Source: Candidatus Adlerbacteria bacterium (GTDB lineage: Bacteria; Patescibacteriota; Minisyncoccia; Phycocordibacterales; SBAW01). Taken from it: a DNA stretch of 43,347 bases. Below are positions 9,852 to 17,866 of this stretch, one piece after another. A program made the position numbers and the translations under genes. Position 1 is the stretch's first letter. Each line of letters begins with the position of its first letter. The stretch spans positions 1 through 43,347 of the forward strand of contig CAIMFR010000072.1 in NCBI GenBank assembly GCA_903840375.1, read 5' to 3'. Under the pieces are notes generated by a model. It worked only from the letters and a program-made list of their open reading frames with translations. It searched no databases and was not told the DNA's origin.

Positions 9852-10706
9852 TCATCGTCTCATGAAGGCACTCCCGGCTGTAGCCAGCGCGGCTGCCTTG
9901 ATGGCATCGTTTTCATCATCTTCCTTCGGATCTTCCTTCGGATCTTCATGCCCGAGCCATTCGACAAGTTTGGGTGTAATGAGTTCCTCGTTGATCTCAT
10001 CGTCGTTCTGCCCGACCCACTCTTTAATATCCTCGATGACGCAGAGACCGACGTTCGAATACTCGTTTGACAGTCGACGCAAGGAGTCGAAGTGACTTCT
10101 GCCTACTGCGATAAAGAGCACGTACATACCGTATTTGCGCTTTTGCATTTCGTCGAACAAACGTTCAGTTGCATCCCTATCGTTATTCTCACCGTCCGTG
10201 TTGAACAGGACAAGCGACTTGCGCCTTTTCGATGCCGTGGATGCGGTCTTTGTGCCGAGCCCGAGTCCGGATTTCACTCGCGCCCAGGGACCCTTCGTTG
10301 GTCCAACATCTTCTTCGGACGGAGTCCATCCGAAGATTTCGAGATTCTTCCGAAGGACTGGTGCGAAGTCGGTGGCACCATTCCATCCGGGCACTTTGTC
10401 GAGGATCTCGCGTCCGACGAAACCGTGATAGTTGTCGGCGTTGACCATACCGACGTGGTGAACATGTGAAGGTCCATCACTGAAGGTGCACACATCGAGC
10501 TGCCTATCGGGATCGAAAACCAGACCCCAGGGAACGAGACGCGTCATCAGTGCGTTCGTCGTTCCGTCCCTGTGCAAACCCTCATATGAACCCGACACGT
10601 CGAGATCAAAACAAACTTCAACCTCCGGCGGAGTGATCATGCCTGCCTTTTCGAGGCAAACACGAAGATTCGCTGCGCTCTTGTTGAGATCGACTTTAAG
10701 AGTCAT
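9852..10706 (-). CDS. vWA-domain protein of the TerF-C-terminal type
   Basis: 284 aa. The N-terminus (KVDLNKSAANLRVCLEKAG...EVCFDLDVSGS) has the DxSGS MIDAS motif in the layout typical of Ter-associated vWA proteins. The tail is acidic (HEDPKEDPKEDDEND). Confidence 0.7.
   Translation of the reverse strand: MTLKVDLNKSAANLRVCLEKAGMITPPEVEVCFDLDVSGSYEGLHRDGTTNALMTRLVPWGLVFDPDRQLDVCTFSDGPSHVHHVGMVNADNYHGFVGREILDKVPGWNGATDFAPVLRKNLEIFGWTPSEEDVGPTKGPWARVKSGLGLGTKTASTASKRRKSLVLFNTDGENNDRDATERLFDEMQKRKYGMYVLFIAVGRSHFDSLRRLSNEYSNVGLCVIEDIKEWVGQNDDEINEELITPKLVEWLGHEDPKEDPKEDDENDAIKAAALATAGSAFMRR
9919..9947 (-). repeat. About 2.4 copies of a 12-nt tandem unit inside the vWA gene
   Basis: TCTTCCTTCGGA TCTTCCTTCGGA TCTTC on the plus strand, which encodes the EDPKEDPKED repeat of the acidic tail. 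Confidence 0.85.
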
Positions 10707-10720
10707 GATCCGATTCCCTT

Positions 10721-11707
10721 TTACTTAAGTCGGTTGATGATATCCTCAAGACCTTGCCGAAGCGTGTAGAGCTCCGTCTCGGTGTGTGAGGAGTGCTGGT
10801 ATGCAAGCGTTACGATCTCTATCCAAGCGGGCAGCGTATGCAACACACCATCTTGAACACGCGATACAAACTGCCCGAGAATGTCGGCGGTTTGGCCGCG
10901 CAACAGAATTCCCTGCCGGATATGAGCAACCGTCTCGGTGAGACTGATACTCCGATCCAGCAAAGACTGCTTGGTACGATCTTTACCATGTAAGAGCTCC
11001 TCGGCAATGTATCGGCCGGCGAGACTCTCCGCATCCAAGTCGTTGCAAAGTTTTTCAAACTCCGATGACAAAGATGCAAGTGATGACTCGACGTCGACAA
11101 TTGCCGGAAGCGCCTGGCCTAACAGAGTCCGAAGCTGATTCAGCTCATTGCCCGCCGCTTGGAATTTCTCCCAGACAGTTTCTTCCTTTCTCCAGAACAA
11201 GAGCCCTTGCGAACTCTTATGCCGGAGTGCCTCATCTAATTCTTCGAGTATCGCGTACAGACGGGCGAGATGTCTCTCGCTGTCTTGCACGACTTTCGAG
11301 CCGGTTAGCTCAAGGGATCTCTCCGTCAGCTCTCCGAATCGTTTTTGTATCTCGCCGCCCCACATTACACATTGTGAGTCAGTGAGTAGGTCGAGGACAA
11401 CACCTTCCAGAACATATCTCGCCGACTTCAACACTTCGACCGGCGTACCGGGAAAATGCCGAGTGAGATCTTCCACAGACACATGCGCACCCATTCGCAC
11501 AGTACCCGCGATCGCCGTAGGTCGAATTGGTGGCACAACGGCAGCTGCAGGAGACTGCGAATTAAGTTGAGACACAGGCGGTGCGATCACTGTCGGCTTA
11601 CGTTCTTTCGGAACTTCAGCAGGCATGCCGCATCGTATTACAGTCGGATGCACTCCGCCCGGACTACCGCCGGAGGGAGGTATCCTCGTACCGTTTTCCT
11701 CCGGCAT
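10721..11707 (-). CDS. TelA-like (toxic anion resistance family) helical protein with a Pro-rich N-terminal extension
   Basis: The start is set at ATG 11707, which has GGAGG 5 nt upstream. The longer ORF to 11881 overlaps terD. Blocks GLLFWRK, KFQAAGNELNQLRTLL, LAGRYIAEELL and HTLPAWIEIV line up by eye with the TelA/YceH blocks GFLARMF, KYQ..IDRI, YIAAGEL and IPLWKN. Confidence 0.5.
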   Translation of the reverse strand: MPEENGTRIPPSGGSPGGVHPTVIRCGMPAEVPKERKPTVIAPPVSQLNSQSPAAAVVPPIRPTAIAGTVRMGAHVSVEDLTRHFPGTPVEVLKSARYVLEGVVLDLLTDSQCVMWGGEIQKRFGELTERSLELTGSKVVQDSERHLARLYAILEELDEALRHKSSQGLLFWRKEETVWEKFQAAGNELNQLRTLLGQALPAIVDVESSLASLSSEFEKLCNDLDAESLAGRYIAEELLHGKDRTKQSLLDRSISLTETVAHIRQGILLRGQTADILGQFVSRVQDGVLHTLPAWIEIVTLAYQHSSHTETELYTLRQGLEDIINRLK

Positions 11708-11723
11708 CAGAACCTCCACGTTG

Positions 11724-12347
11724 TTACGAGAAGCTTTCGAGGATCGTGTTGAAGTCGCCGTTAAAGCCGACGCCGACCTCGGCGAATTCCCAACCGTTCG
11801 CGCCGAGCACGAGGCTGCCCATTTGGACGGCATCGGACTGCCCGAACTGCTTGGAGAGTTGATACTCGGCAAGCACGACACCTTGGTCGTTCTTGATGCG
11901 AATACCCGCCTTTGCTACCTCTGCGAACTTGACCCTGCCCGGCGGATGAATGGTGACGAAGATCGGGATCTCGTTCACCGACTCACCGATCTTGCTGCCG
12001 TCGATGGTGATCATCTCATCAACATTGTCGGGCTTGCCGGTGAGGGCGTCGCCGCTGTGGCGCAGCGAACCGCAAAGTGTTTGGAACGAACCGTCCGAGT
12101 TACGATCGAACTCACCGACTATCTTGCCGCCAACCTTGCGCTTGAAGACATAGGTACTCAACACCTGTTCGAAGCCGGAGACCTTAGCCCTATCGCCGTT
12201 ATTAGTGGCAAGCAGGGCATGTGCGTCCAGATCATGTTTGCTTTCCCAGAAAAGCTCGACCGAGAAAGTCTCGCCCTTCTTGAGATTGAGATGCAGCTTC
12301 GTGCCTTCATCGCCAGCTTTAACGAGACTCAATGTTTTAAGTGCCAT
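11724..12347 (-). CDS. terD: TerD-family stress protein
   Basis: 207 aa with AGGAG upstream. The TerD domain signatures are FWESKHDLDAHALL and GDALTGKPDNVDEMITIDGSKI (the Ca-binding GDN-type loop). Confidence 0.9.
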   Translation of the reverse strand: MALKTLSLVKAGDEGTKLHLNLKKGETFSVELFWESKHDLDAHALLATNNGDRAKVSGFEQVLSTYVFKRKVGGKIVGEFDRNSDGSFQTLCGSLRHSGDALTGKPDNVDEMITIDGSKIGESVNEIPIFVTIHPPGRVKFAEVAKAGIRIKNDQGVVLAEYQLSKQFGQSDAVQMGSLVLGANGWEFAEVGVGFNGDFNTILESFS

Positions 12348-12391
12348 GGTAGTCTCCTATTTGAATCGCCCATCTTGGGACTAGTGAATGG

Positions 12392-13483
12392 TCAGTAACT
12401 GACCGGCTGATCCGGCCGAACAGCTTTGGCTGTGCCAAGCATGATCTGCCGGGATTCTTCGAACAAATTGCGCACCTGCGCAAACTTTTGCGCGTTAGCG
12501 ATACGAGCCTGTTCAACAACCATAACGAGACTGCGGGTCTCGTTTGTGATCTGTTTGAGTTGATTCGCTTGCGCAAGACGATTGTCGCCAGCAGCATTCG
12601 CCGCGGTTCCAACCACATCATGCATCATACGACCACGCACTATGGCAAGATTCGTATCAAGCTGCGCACCCTGCTCCGCGAGCCGCTGAACACCTTTGGT
12701 GACTAGAGCACTATGGAGCGTGAGCAGTGTCATCTTGATACTGGTGAAACGTGCGGCCGCAGTGGTCGTCGTTTCGCCCAGAGTCGTGATGCCGGCGTTT
12801 TGCAACTGCCGGATGACGAGCTGATCCGCCGGAAGACGGTTCAGTATGCCTTCAAGCGCAAGCGTTCTGCTTTCAAGTGCCTGGAGCTTGTCGCGCAACT
12901 CGTCCAGACTCGCCTTTTGAGCGAGATCGGACGGGTCGGCGGATCGCTCCGCTTGCGCGACTTCACCGCGAGATCGTGCCAAGAACGCATTCATCTCCCT
13001 CACCGTGACGACAAAGTCGTCAAAGCGATCTCGATACGCGTCCCTGAGTTGCTCCATCCTGTCGATCTCTGCCTCCAGCCTTTGCTGCTCGGCTTCGAGA
13101 TCACGCTCCAGGCTGTTGACGAAGTCCACAAGAGTCTTCGTCTTTCCGGATGCGAGGCGACAGGTTTCTTCCCACGCCGCAGCCGCAGCTTTGGCGAGAA
13201 ATTTTTTGTTTATGAGCCCGATCACTCGGTCCAAAAGACCGAGCTTGTCGTCGAGGATTCGGTCGGCGAGTTGCGGCAAGTTTTCCTTGTCCACCTCACC
13301 TTTCATCCGTTCCACCAACTGGAACAGTCTGGCTTTTTCCAGTCCGTCCAGTCCTGACAAGAACCCGTCCAACGTTCCATGAAGTGCGACCTCTGCCCCA
13401 TTGCCGAGAGTGGCAATAACGCGCAGAGATGTCTCACGAATTGTGACAGAGGTGATGTTTGGAACAAAAACTTCCGTAGACAT
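12392..13483 (-). CDS. TelA-like helical protein (first paralog)
   Basis: 363 aa, predicted all-helical. Its layout resembles TelA (GLINKKF..., coiled central region, LVIRQLQNAGITTLGE versus the TelA block RLIQNTNQALAE). The match is weaker than for 10721-11707. Confidence 0.45.
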   Translation of the reverse strand: MSTEVFVPNITSVTIRETSLRVIATLGNGAEVALHGTLDGFLSGLDGLEKARLFQLVERMKGEVDKENLPQLADRILDDKLGLLDRVIGLINKKFLAKAAAAAWEETCRLASGKTKTLVDFVNSLERDLEAEQQRLEAEIDRMEQLRDAYRDRFDDFVVTVREMNAFLARSRGEVAQAERSADPSDLAQKASLDELRDKLQALESRTLALEGILNRLPADQLVIRQLQNAGITTLGETTTTAAARFTSIKMTLLTLHSALVTKGVQRLAEQGAQLDTNLAIVRGRMMHDVVGTAANAAGDNRLAQANQLKQITNETRSLVMVVEQARIANAQKFAQVRNLFEESRQIMLGTAKAVRPDQPVSY

Positions 13484-13534
13484 CTTATTTTCCTTTCTTT
13501 TCCGTTACTATTCTTTTGTCAAAGAAACACTCTA

Positions 13535-13569
13535 CAGATACTCGATCACGTTCTGTGATCAAGTATCTG
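13535..13569. promoter_or_regulatory. Inverted repeat (15-nt arms, 1 mismatch, 5-nt spacer) upstream of the TelA-TerD operon
   Basis: CAGATACTCGATCAC gttct GTGATCAAGTATCTG. It lies between the DUF475 terminator-like hairpin and the TelA-like start at 13483. It could be an operator or a second stem-loop. Confidence 0.35.
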
Positions 13570-13576
13570 ATAAAGT

Positions 13577-13600
13577 GGGTGAGTCGTGACAGACTCACCC
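13577..13600 (-). terminator. Hairpin downstream of the DUF475 gene (possible terminator)
   Basis: A perfect 9-bp stem, GGGTGAGTC / GACTCACCC, with a 6-nt loop, 16 nt past the stop at 13616. The U-tract on the minus strand is weak (ACTTTATC). Confidence 0.4.
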
Positions 13601-13615
13601 AAACTGCGCACCGAT

Positions 13616-14641
13616 TTATTTTTCGGCAGCCAGTCGTTCGCGACGATTGACTCGCACAGAACTCCAGAGGGCGCTGAGGATAAATGCCGCACCGATGAAA
13701 CCGGTCACCGTATCCGGCACTTCCACCTTGACACCGATGAACATGATTGCCGCGAGGGCGAGGATGGCCCAGAACGCGCCATGTTCAAGATAGCGATACT
13801 CGCCGAGCGTTCCTTTGTCCACCAAATATATGGTCAGGGAGCGCACGAACATCGCGCCGACGCCGAGACCTGCCGCGATGAGGAATAGATTGTTGCTCAC
13901 AGCAAACGCGCCGATGACACCGTCGAAACTGAACGATGCATCCAGAATCTCAAGGTACAAGAGCCCTCCGATCCCCTGCGCAACTTTCTTCCCCGTACTC
14001 CCGTCGCCACCGGAAAGCATCTGTCCGACAACACGCGCGCCGATGTAAGTGATGAACCCGAGCAATCCGGCAACGATGAACGCGTACTTTTCTCCATCAC
14101 CGAGCAACATAGTTGTCGCAAGCAGAACCGCCATGGTGATACCCGCTTCGACGGCAACTTCGTACTGACTCAATTTGACGAAAAACTTTTCCAATGGGAC
14201 GATCCAGTGATTCTCCTTCTCATCGTCGATGAAAAACTGGAGAGCCACCATCAACAGGAACGTCCCACCGAAAGCCGCGATCTGTTGGTGTGCCGAGATC
14301 AGCGCGTTCGCGTAGTCAGTCGGCCTGTGCATGGCGAGTTGGAGGGCTTCCAACATCCCGAGTCCTGTCGTCAGCGATACGATGACGACAGGAAATACGA
14401 GACGCATGCCAAACACGGCGATCGGCAATCCTACATAGATGAACAGACGCCGCCAAGCATGACTCCAGTTTTCGAGCACGGTTGCATTCACAACCGCATT
14501 ATCCAGGGACAGCGATGTCTCCAGAACTGCCAAGACAATAACAGTCCAAGCTCCGGCGACACCACCCAGCCAGAGGCCGAACAACAAGGCTACCCCAAGG
14601 GTCACGAACGACCCGTAAAAGTACGGCAGCAGTCTTTGCAT
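13616..14641 (-). CDS. Integral membrane protein of the DUF475 / TerC-like superfamily
   Basis: The start is ATG 14641 with AAGAGG upstream; the ORF-track start at 14683 is GTG. The protein is polytopic with duplicated signature loops, LETSLSLDNAVVNA and LEILDASFSFDGVIGAFA. Confidence 0.65.
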   Translation of the reverse strand: MQRLLPYFYGSFVTLGVALLFGLWLGGVAGAWTVIVLAVLETSLSLDNAVVNATVLENWSHAWRRLFIYVGLPIAVFGMRLVFPVVIVSLTTGLGMLEALQLAMHRPTDYANALISAHQQIAAFGGTFLLMVALQFFIDDEKENHWIVPLEKFFVKLSQYEVAVEAGITMAVLLATTMLLGDGEKYAFIVAGLLGFITYIGARVVGQMLSGGDGSTGKKVAQGIGGLLYLEILDASFSFDGVIGAFAVSNNLFLIAAGLGVGAMFVRSLTIYLVDKGTLGEYRYLEHGAFWAILALAAIMFIGVKVEVPDTVTGFIGAAFILSALWSSVRVNRRERLAAEK

Positions 14642-14729
14642 GATAATACCTCTTATAGTACATGGTTTGATGCTAAGGAACACGTTATAGAAATATTACA
14701 TGACTATTATCAACAAGTCAATAGACTCG

Positions 14730-14759
14730 TTGACATACGGATAGCTTCCATGCTTAAAT
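14730..14759 (+). promoter_or_regulatory. Candidate sigma70-type promoter for the GT2 synthase gene
   Basis: TTGACA (14730-14735), an 18-nt spacer, then TTAAAT (14754-14759), 28 nt upstream of ATG 14788. Confidence 0.3.
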
Positions 14760-14787
14760 CGAGGTACTCTTCACTAATATATAATTT

Positions 14788-16020
14788 ATGGATATTGGCT
14801 CGATCGGCATCTATATATGTCTTTTCCTAGCCCTCTATTTTGAGGTGTTTTTGCTTATCTCATTCCTCGAGAAACGCCCGGATGCGCGCTCCACAAAACG
14901 CCCGTCGCGCTACCCAAGCGTTTCGATCCTCGTCCCTTGTTTCAATGAAGAGAGGACGGTCGCGAGCACCATCAATTCCCTCCTCGCACTCGACTATCCG
15001 AAAAAGAAATTGGAAATTGTTGTCATTGACGACGGCTCGACGGACGGCACGCGTGCCATTGCAGAATCATTTACGAAAAATCCGCGCGTCAAATATTTTT
15101 ATAAAAAGAACGGCGGCAAGTACACCGCGCTCAACTTCGGCATCGCACATTCGACAGGCGATATAATCGGCTGCCTTGACGCGGACTCATTCGCCGCACC
15201 TGACGCGTTGCTCGAGATGGTGAAGCGATTCGAGAGCGATCCAACCATCATGGCATGTACGCCGGTGATGAAAGTCTACAAGCCTCGCACCATGCTGGAG
15301 CTCATGCAGGCGGTCGAATACACCTTCGGTATTTTCTATAAAAAAATGTTCGACAACTTATCCGCACTGAACGTATTGCCCGGACCATTTTCCATGTATC
15401 GCCGCGCGGTATTCGACCAAATAGGCATCTTCCATCACGCACACAACACTGAGGACATGGAGATCGCGTTCCGCATGCAGTCATACGGATTAAAAATTGC
15501 AAATGCGCACACTGCGTTCGTCTACACGACCGTGCCGAAGACGATCCGTGCACTTATCAAACAGCGCACACGATGGTCGCAAGGCTTCCTGCAAAATTCG
15601 CGCGACTACTATTATATGTACCTCAATCCGCGTTTCGGACATTTCGGCATGCTGGTACTACCGATCGGCCTTACCGCATTTTTCGCCGGGATCTACACGG
15701 CAGGATATTCGCTCTATCACCTTCTTTCATTCCTAATAACGCGCGCGCTTGACCTGTTCACTACGCATATACCGCTGCATCTGCCGGTAGTCCAGCATTT
15801 CAACTGGCTCTACGTCAATGTAAACACACTGACATTCCTCATCTTTTTCATGATAGGCATGACCTTCATCGCCGTACTACTCGGCTCGCGCATCTCGGAA
15901 ACACGGCTCACCGTCAAGTCGTATATCTCATACTTCTTATTCTTCGGACTCATCGCACCATTGTGGCTCGTACAAGCCGCGTGGGGCGCTTTACTTGCCC
16001 GCGAGAGCTCTTGGCGGTAG
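14788..16020 (+). CDS. Processive family-2 glycosyltransferase (PgaC/IcaA/NodC/cellulose-chitin synthase-like)
   Basis: 410 aa with an N-terminal TM and a C-terminal TM bundle. The D,D,D,QxxRW signature is present: VIDDGSTDGT, LDADS, TEDMEI and QRTRWSQG (QRTRW at 15562-15576). Confidence 0.85.
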   Translation: MDIGSIGIYICLFLALYFEVFLLISFLEKRPDARSTKRPSRYPSVSILVPCFNEERTVASTINSLLALDYPKKKLEIVVIDDGSTDGTRAIAESFTKNPRVKYFYKKNGGKYTALNFGIAHSTGDIIGCLDADSFAAPDALLEMVKRFESDPTIMACTPVMKVYKPRTMLELMQAVEYTFGIFYKKMFDNLSALNVLPGPFSMYRRAVFDQIGIFHHAHNTEDMEIAFRMQSYGLKIANAHTAFVYTTVPKTIRALIKQRTRWSQGFLQNSRDYYYMYLNPRFGHFGMLVLPIGLTAFFAGIYTAGYSLYHLLSFLITRALDLFTTHIPLHLPVVQHFNWLYVNVNTLTFLIFFMIGMTFIAVLLGSRISETRLTVKSYISYFLFFGLIAPLWLVQAAWGALLARESSWR

Positions 16021-16034
16021 AGTCCATTAATCCT

Positions 16035-16703
16035 ATGTCTTGGAAAAAATACATTCTTACCTTCGCAATAACTGCGACTATATTCGGCACAGCCTTTTAT
16101 GTTGCTTCCCAAATAGACGCGCAGCGCGTCGCGGATATTCGCACCACAGAGGATAACATCTCGATCGATATTCTCTCGACCGAGACCCAGTTCGAGCTCC
16201 TCGGCAACCTAGACTGCCAGGAGATCTCGGATAATCCCGTACTTTCAGAGGAGCTCAATTCCCTTGCCGGTCGCTTATCCGTGGCAGAGAGTAATCTTGG
16301 CGATAACAACACAGAAGTTATCGCATTGAAAAAACAATATTCATTGCTCGAGATAAAAGATTATTTATTGATGAAACAGATCTCGACGAAGTGCCACCTC
16401 AAGCCGGTGTATATCCTCTACTTCTACTCCAACGCCGGCGACTGCCCCGACTGTTCACGCGCGGGTGAAGTCCTCACCTACCTGCGACAGCAATATCCCG
16501 ACCTGCGCGTCTATTCGTTCGATTATAACCTCGACCTTTCCGCACTCAAGACACTCACCTCGCTCAGTGCGATAAAAGACGAACTACCTGCATTCATCAT
16601 CAACGGCCGCCAGCCGGTGTATGGTTTCAAAACCCTAGACGAAATGCAAACCCTCATCCCAGAACTAAAAACCCTCGCCACCTCGACCAGTGCTGTAAAA
16701 TAA
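16035..16703 (+). CDS. Membrane-anchored protein with a thioredoxin-like CxxC C-terminal domain
   Basis: The start is ATG 16035 (MSWKKYILTFAITATIFGTAFYV is a TM anchor). The CPDC motif lies at 16443-16454 in the context YFYSNAGDCPDCSRAGEVL. It sits 14 nt downstream of the synthase gene. Confidence 0.5.
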   Translation: MSWKKYILTFAITATIFGTAFYVASQIDAQRVADIRTTEDNISIDILSTETQFELLGNLDCQEISDNPVLSEELNSLAGRLSVAESNLGDNNTEVIALKKQYSLLEIKDYLLMKQISTKCHLKPVYILYFYSNAGDCPDCSRAGEVLTYLRQQYPDLRVYSFDYNLDLSALKTLTSLSAIKDELPAFIINGRQPVYGFKTLDEMQTLIPELKTLATSTSAVK

Positions 16704-16712
16704 TTTTCTCAG

Positions 16713-16785
16713 AGCCACCTCCCAGATTTGAACTGGGGACCTTCGCTTTACAAAAGCGCTGCTCTACCAACTGAGCTAAGGTGGC
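16713..16785 (-). tRNA. tRNA-Thr (anticodon UGU)
   Basis: The reverse complement folds as a cloverleaf: GCCACCT TA GCTC AGTTGGTA GAGC A GCGCT TTTGTAA AGCGA AGGTC CCCAG TTCAAAT CTGGG AGGTGGC T. The anticodon loop is TT-TGT-AA. No CCA is encoded. Confidence 0.9.
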
Positions 16786-16807
16786 AAATATTACTGAACT
16801 CTTTGCA

Positions 16808-17218
16808 CTACTGCCGTATTGTGGACTTTTTGTCCCTGTAGCGCAAGAGCTTCTTTTTATGCTCGGCTACCTCACGCAAGAATGCTGATACTTCGCCCGA
16901 GCCGCGAGGTATCTCTGTGGTTCTGCGTACCATATGGAGCGTGTGCTCAAGAAGCTGCTCCAGCTTGATAGCAACACGAGCAGCTGTGTGGTGCGCAGAG
17001 ACACTTATCGCTCGCCATGCGCGGCGCGAATAGATCCGTATCAAAGTAGGCAGAATATGTCCGCACCAAAGCGATACGAAACGGAGTGCCCTGCTCATCT
17101 GAGGTCGGACATTCGTCAAACACACATTCCCGGTCTCAAGCTCCCAATGTCTCACGGAGAGTATCGCAACCATGCCGATTATGGCGAGTATAAATGTTGT
17201 GACAAAGAAAAAAACCAT
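16808..17218 (-). CDS. Hypothetical small membrane protein
   Basis: 136 aa with an N-terminal TM (MVFFFVTTFILAIIGMVAILSV) and a basic helical C-terminal part. It sits 12 nt downstream of tsf. I recognise no family. Confidence 0.5.
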   Translation of the reverse strand: MVFFFVTTFILAIIGMVAILSVRHWELETGNVCLTNVRPQMSRALRFVSLWCGHILPTLIRIYSRRAWRAISVSAHHTAARVAIKLEQLLEHTLHMVRRTTEIPRGSGEVSAFLREVAEHKKKLLRYRDKKSTIRQ

Positions 17219-17230
17219 GATAGATGCTTG

Positions 17231-17815
17231 CTAACGAACGGAGAAATGTGAGATCTTACTTACTTCGATTCGCTCGCCAAACTTCTGTGCTGCAGCAGAA
17301 AGCAAGTCATCTATCGTTTTGGTATCATCCTTAATGAACGGCTGATCGAGCAGCACTATCTCCTTTAGGCGCGAAGCCACTTTTCCGGAGAGTATTTGAG
17401 CTTGAAGATTTTCAGGCTTACCCACGACTTCCGGTGCGAATATCTCGCGAATGGAAGCCATCTGTGCCTCGTCTATATCTCCACGACGAACGTACTGTGG
17501 GTTTGTGGCTGCTGCATGCATCGCGATATCGCGCGCGAGCTTGATGAACTCCTCATTCTTGGATACGAAATCAGTCTCACACAAAAGAAGCACCATCGCG
17601 CCAACCTGACCAGTGTTGTGAATATATGCTGCGACTGTGCCGGCACCGAGTGTGCGATCTGCTTTCTTGCGGGCAACATCGGCACTCTTGCGCGACAGGA
17701 TCTGAATGGCCTTTTCCATATCTCCGCCGGATTCCTCAAGAGCCTTCTTGCACGCCATGACAGATATACCGGTTCGATCACGAAGCTCTTTAACTACATC
17801 TGCGCTAATGGCCAT
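17231..17815 (-). CDS. tsf: Elongation factor Ts (short form)
   Basis: 194 aa. The N-terminal UBA-like motif is VKELRDRTGISVMACKKALEESGGDMEKAIQIL, followed by GRIGAMV-type core blocks. Confidence 0.9.
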   Translation of the reverse strand: MAISADVVKELRDRTGISVMACKKALEESGGDMEKAIQILSRKSADVARKKADRTLGAGTVAAYIHNTGQVGAMVLLLCETDFVSKNEEFIKLARDIAMHAAATNPQYVRRGDIDEAQMASIREIFAPEVVGKPENLQAQILSGKVASRLKEIVLLDQPFIKDDTKTIDDLLSAAAQKFGERIEVSKISHFSVR

Positions 17816-17866
17816 AAAAAATTTATATTATTTTTTTAAACGGCACAGAACACTACTCTGGAACTA

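Noticed and set aside
9919-9947. Short tandem repeat considered as a possible CRISPR or minisatellite signal
   Set aside because: There are only ~2.4 copies of a 12-nt unit with no spacers. It lies in frame within the vWA gene and encodes EDPK repeats. I saw no CRISPR-like repeat-spacer array anywhere in the window.
11625-12398. 257-aa plus-strand ORF overlapping terD and the end of the TelA-like gene
   Set aside because: The opposite strand encodes an unmistakable TerD domain with its own SD sequence. The plus-strand product has no recognisable features. It is treated as an antisense shadow ORF.
16704-16807. tRNA-Thr as a possible integration site for a genomic island
   Set aside because: There is no integrase, transposase or phage gene on either side. 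I saw no duplicated copy of the tRNA 3' half nearby. The flanking genes are ordinary (tsf operon, GT2 synthase pair).
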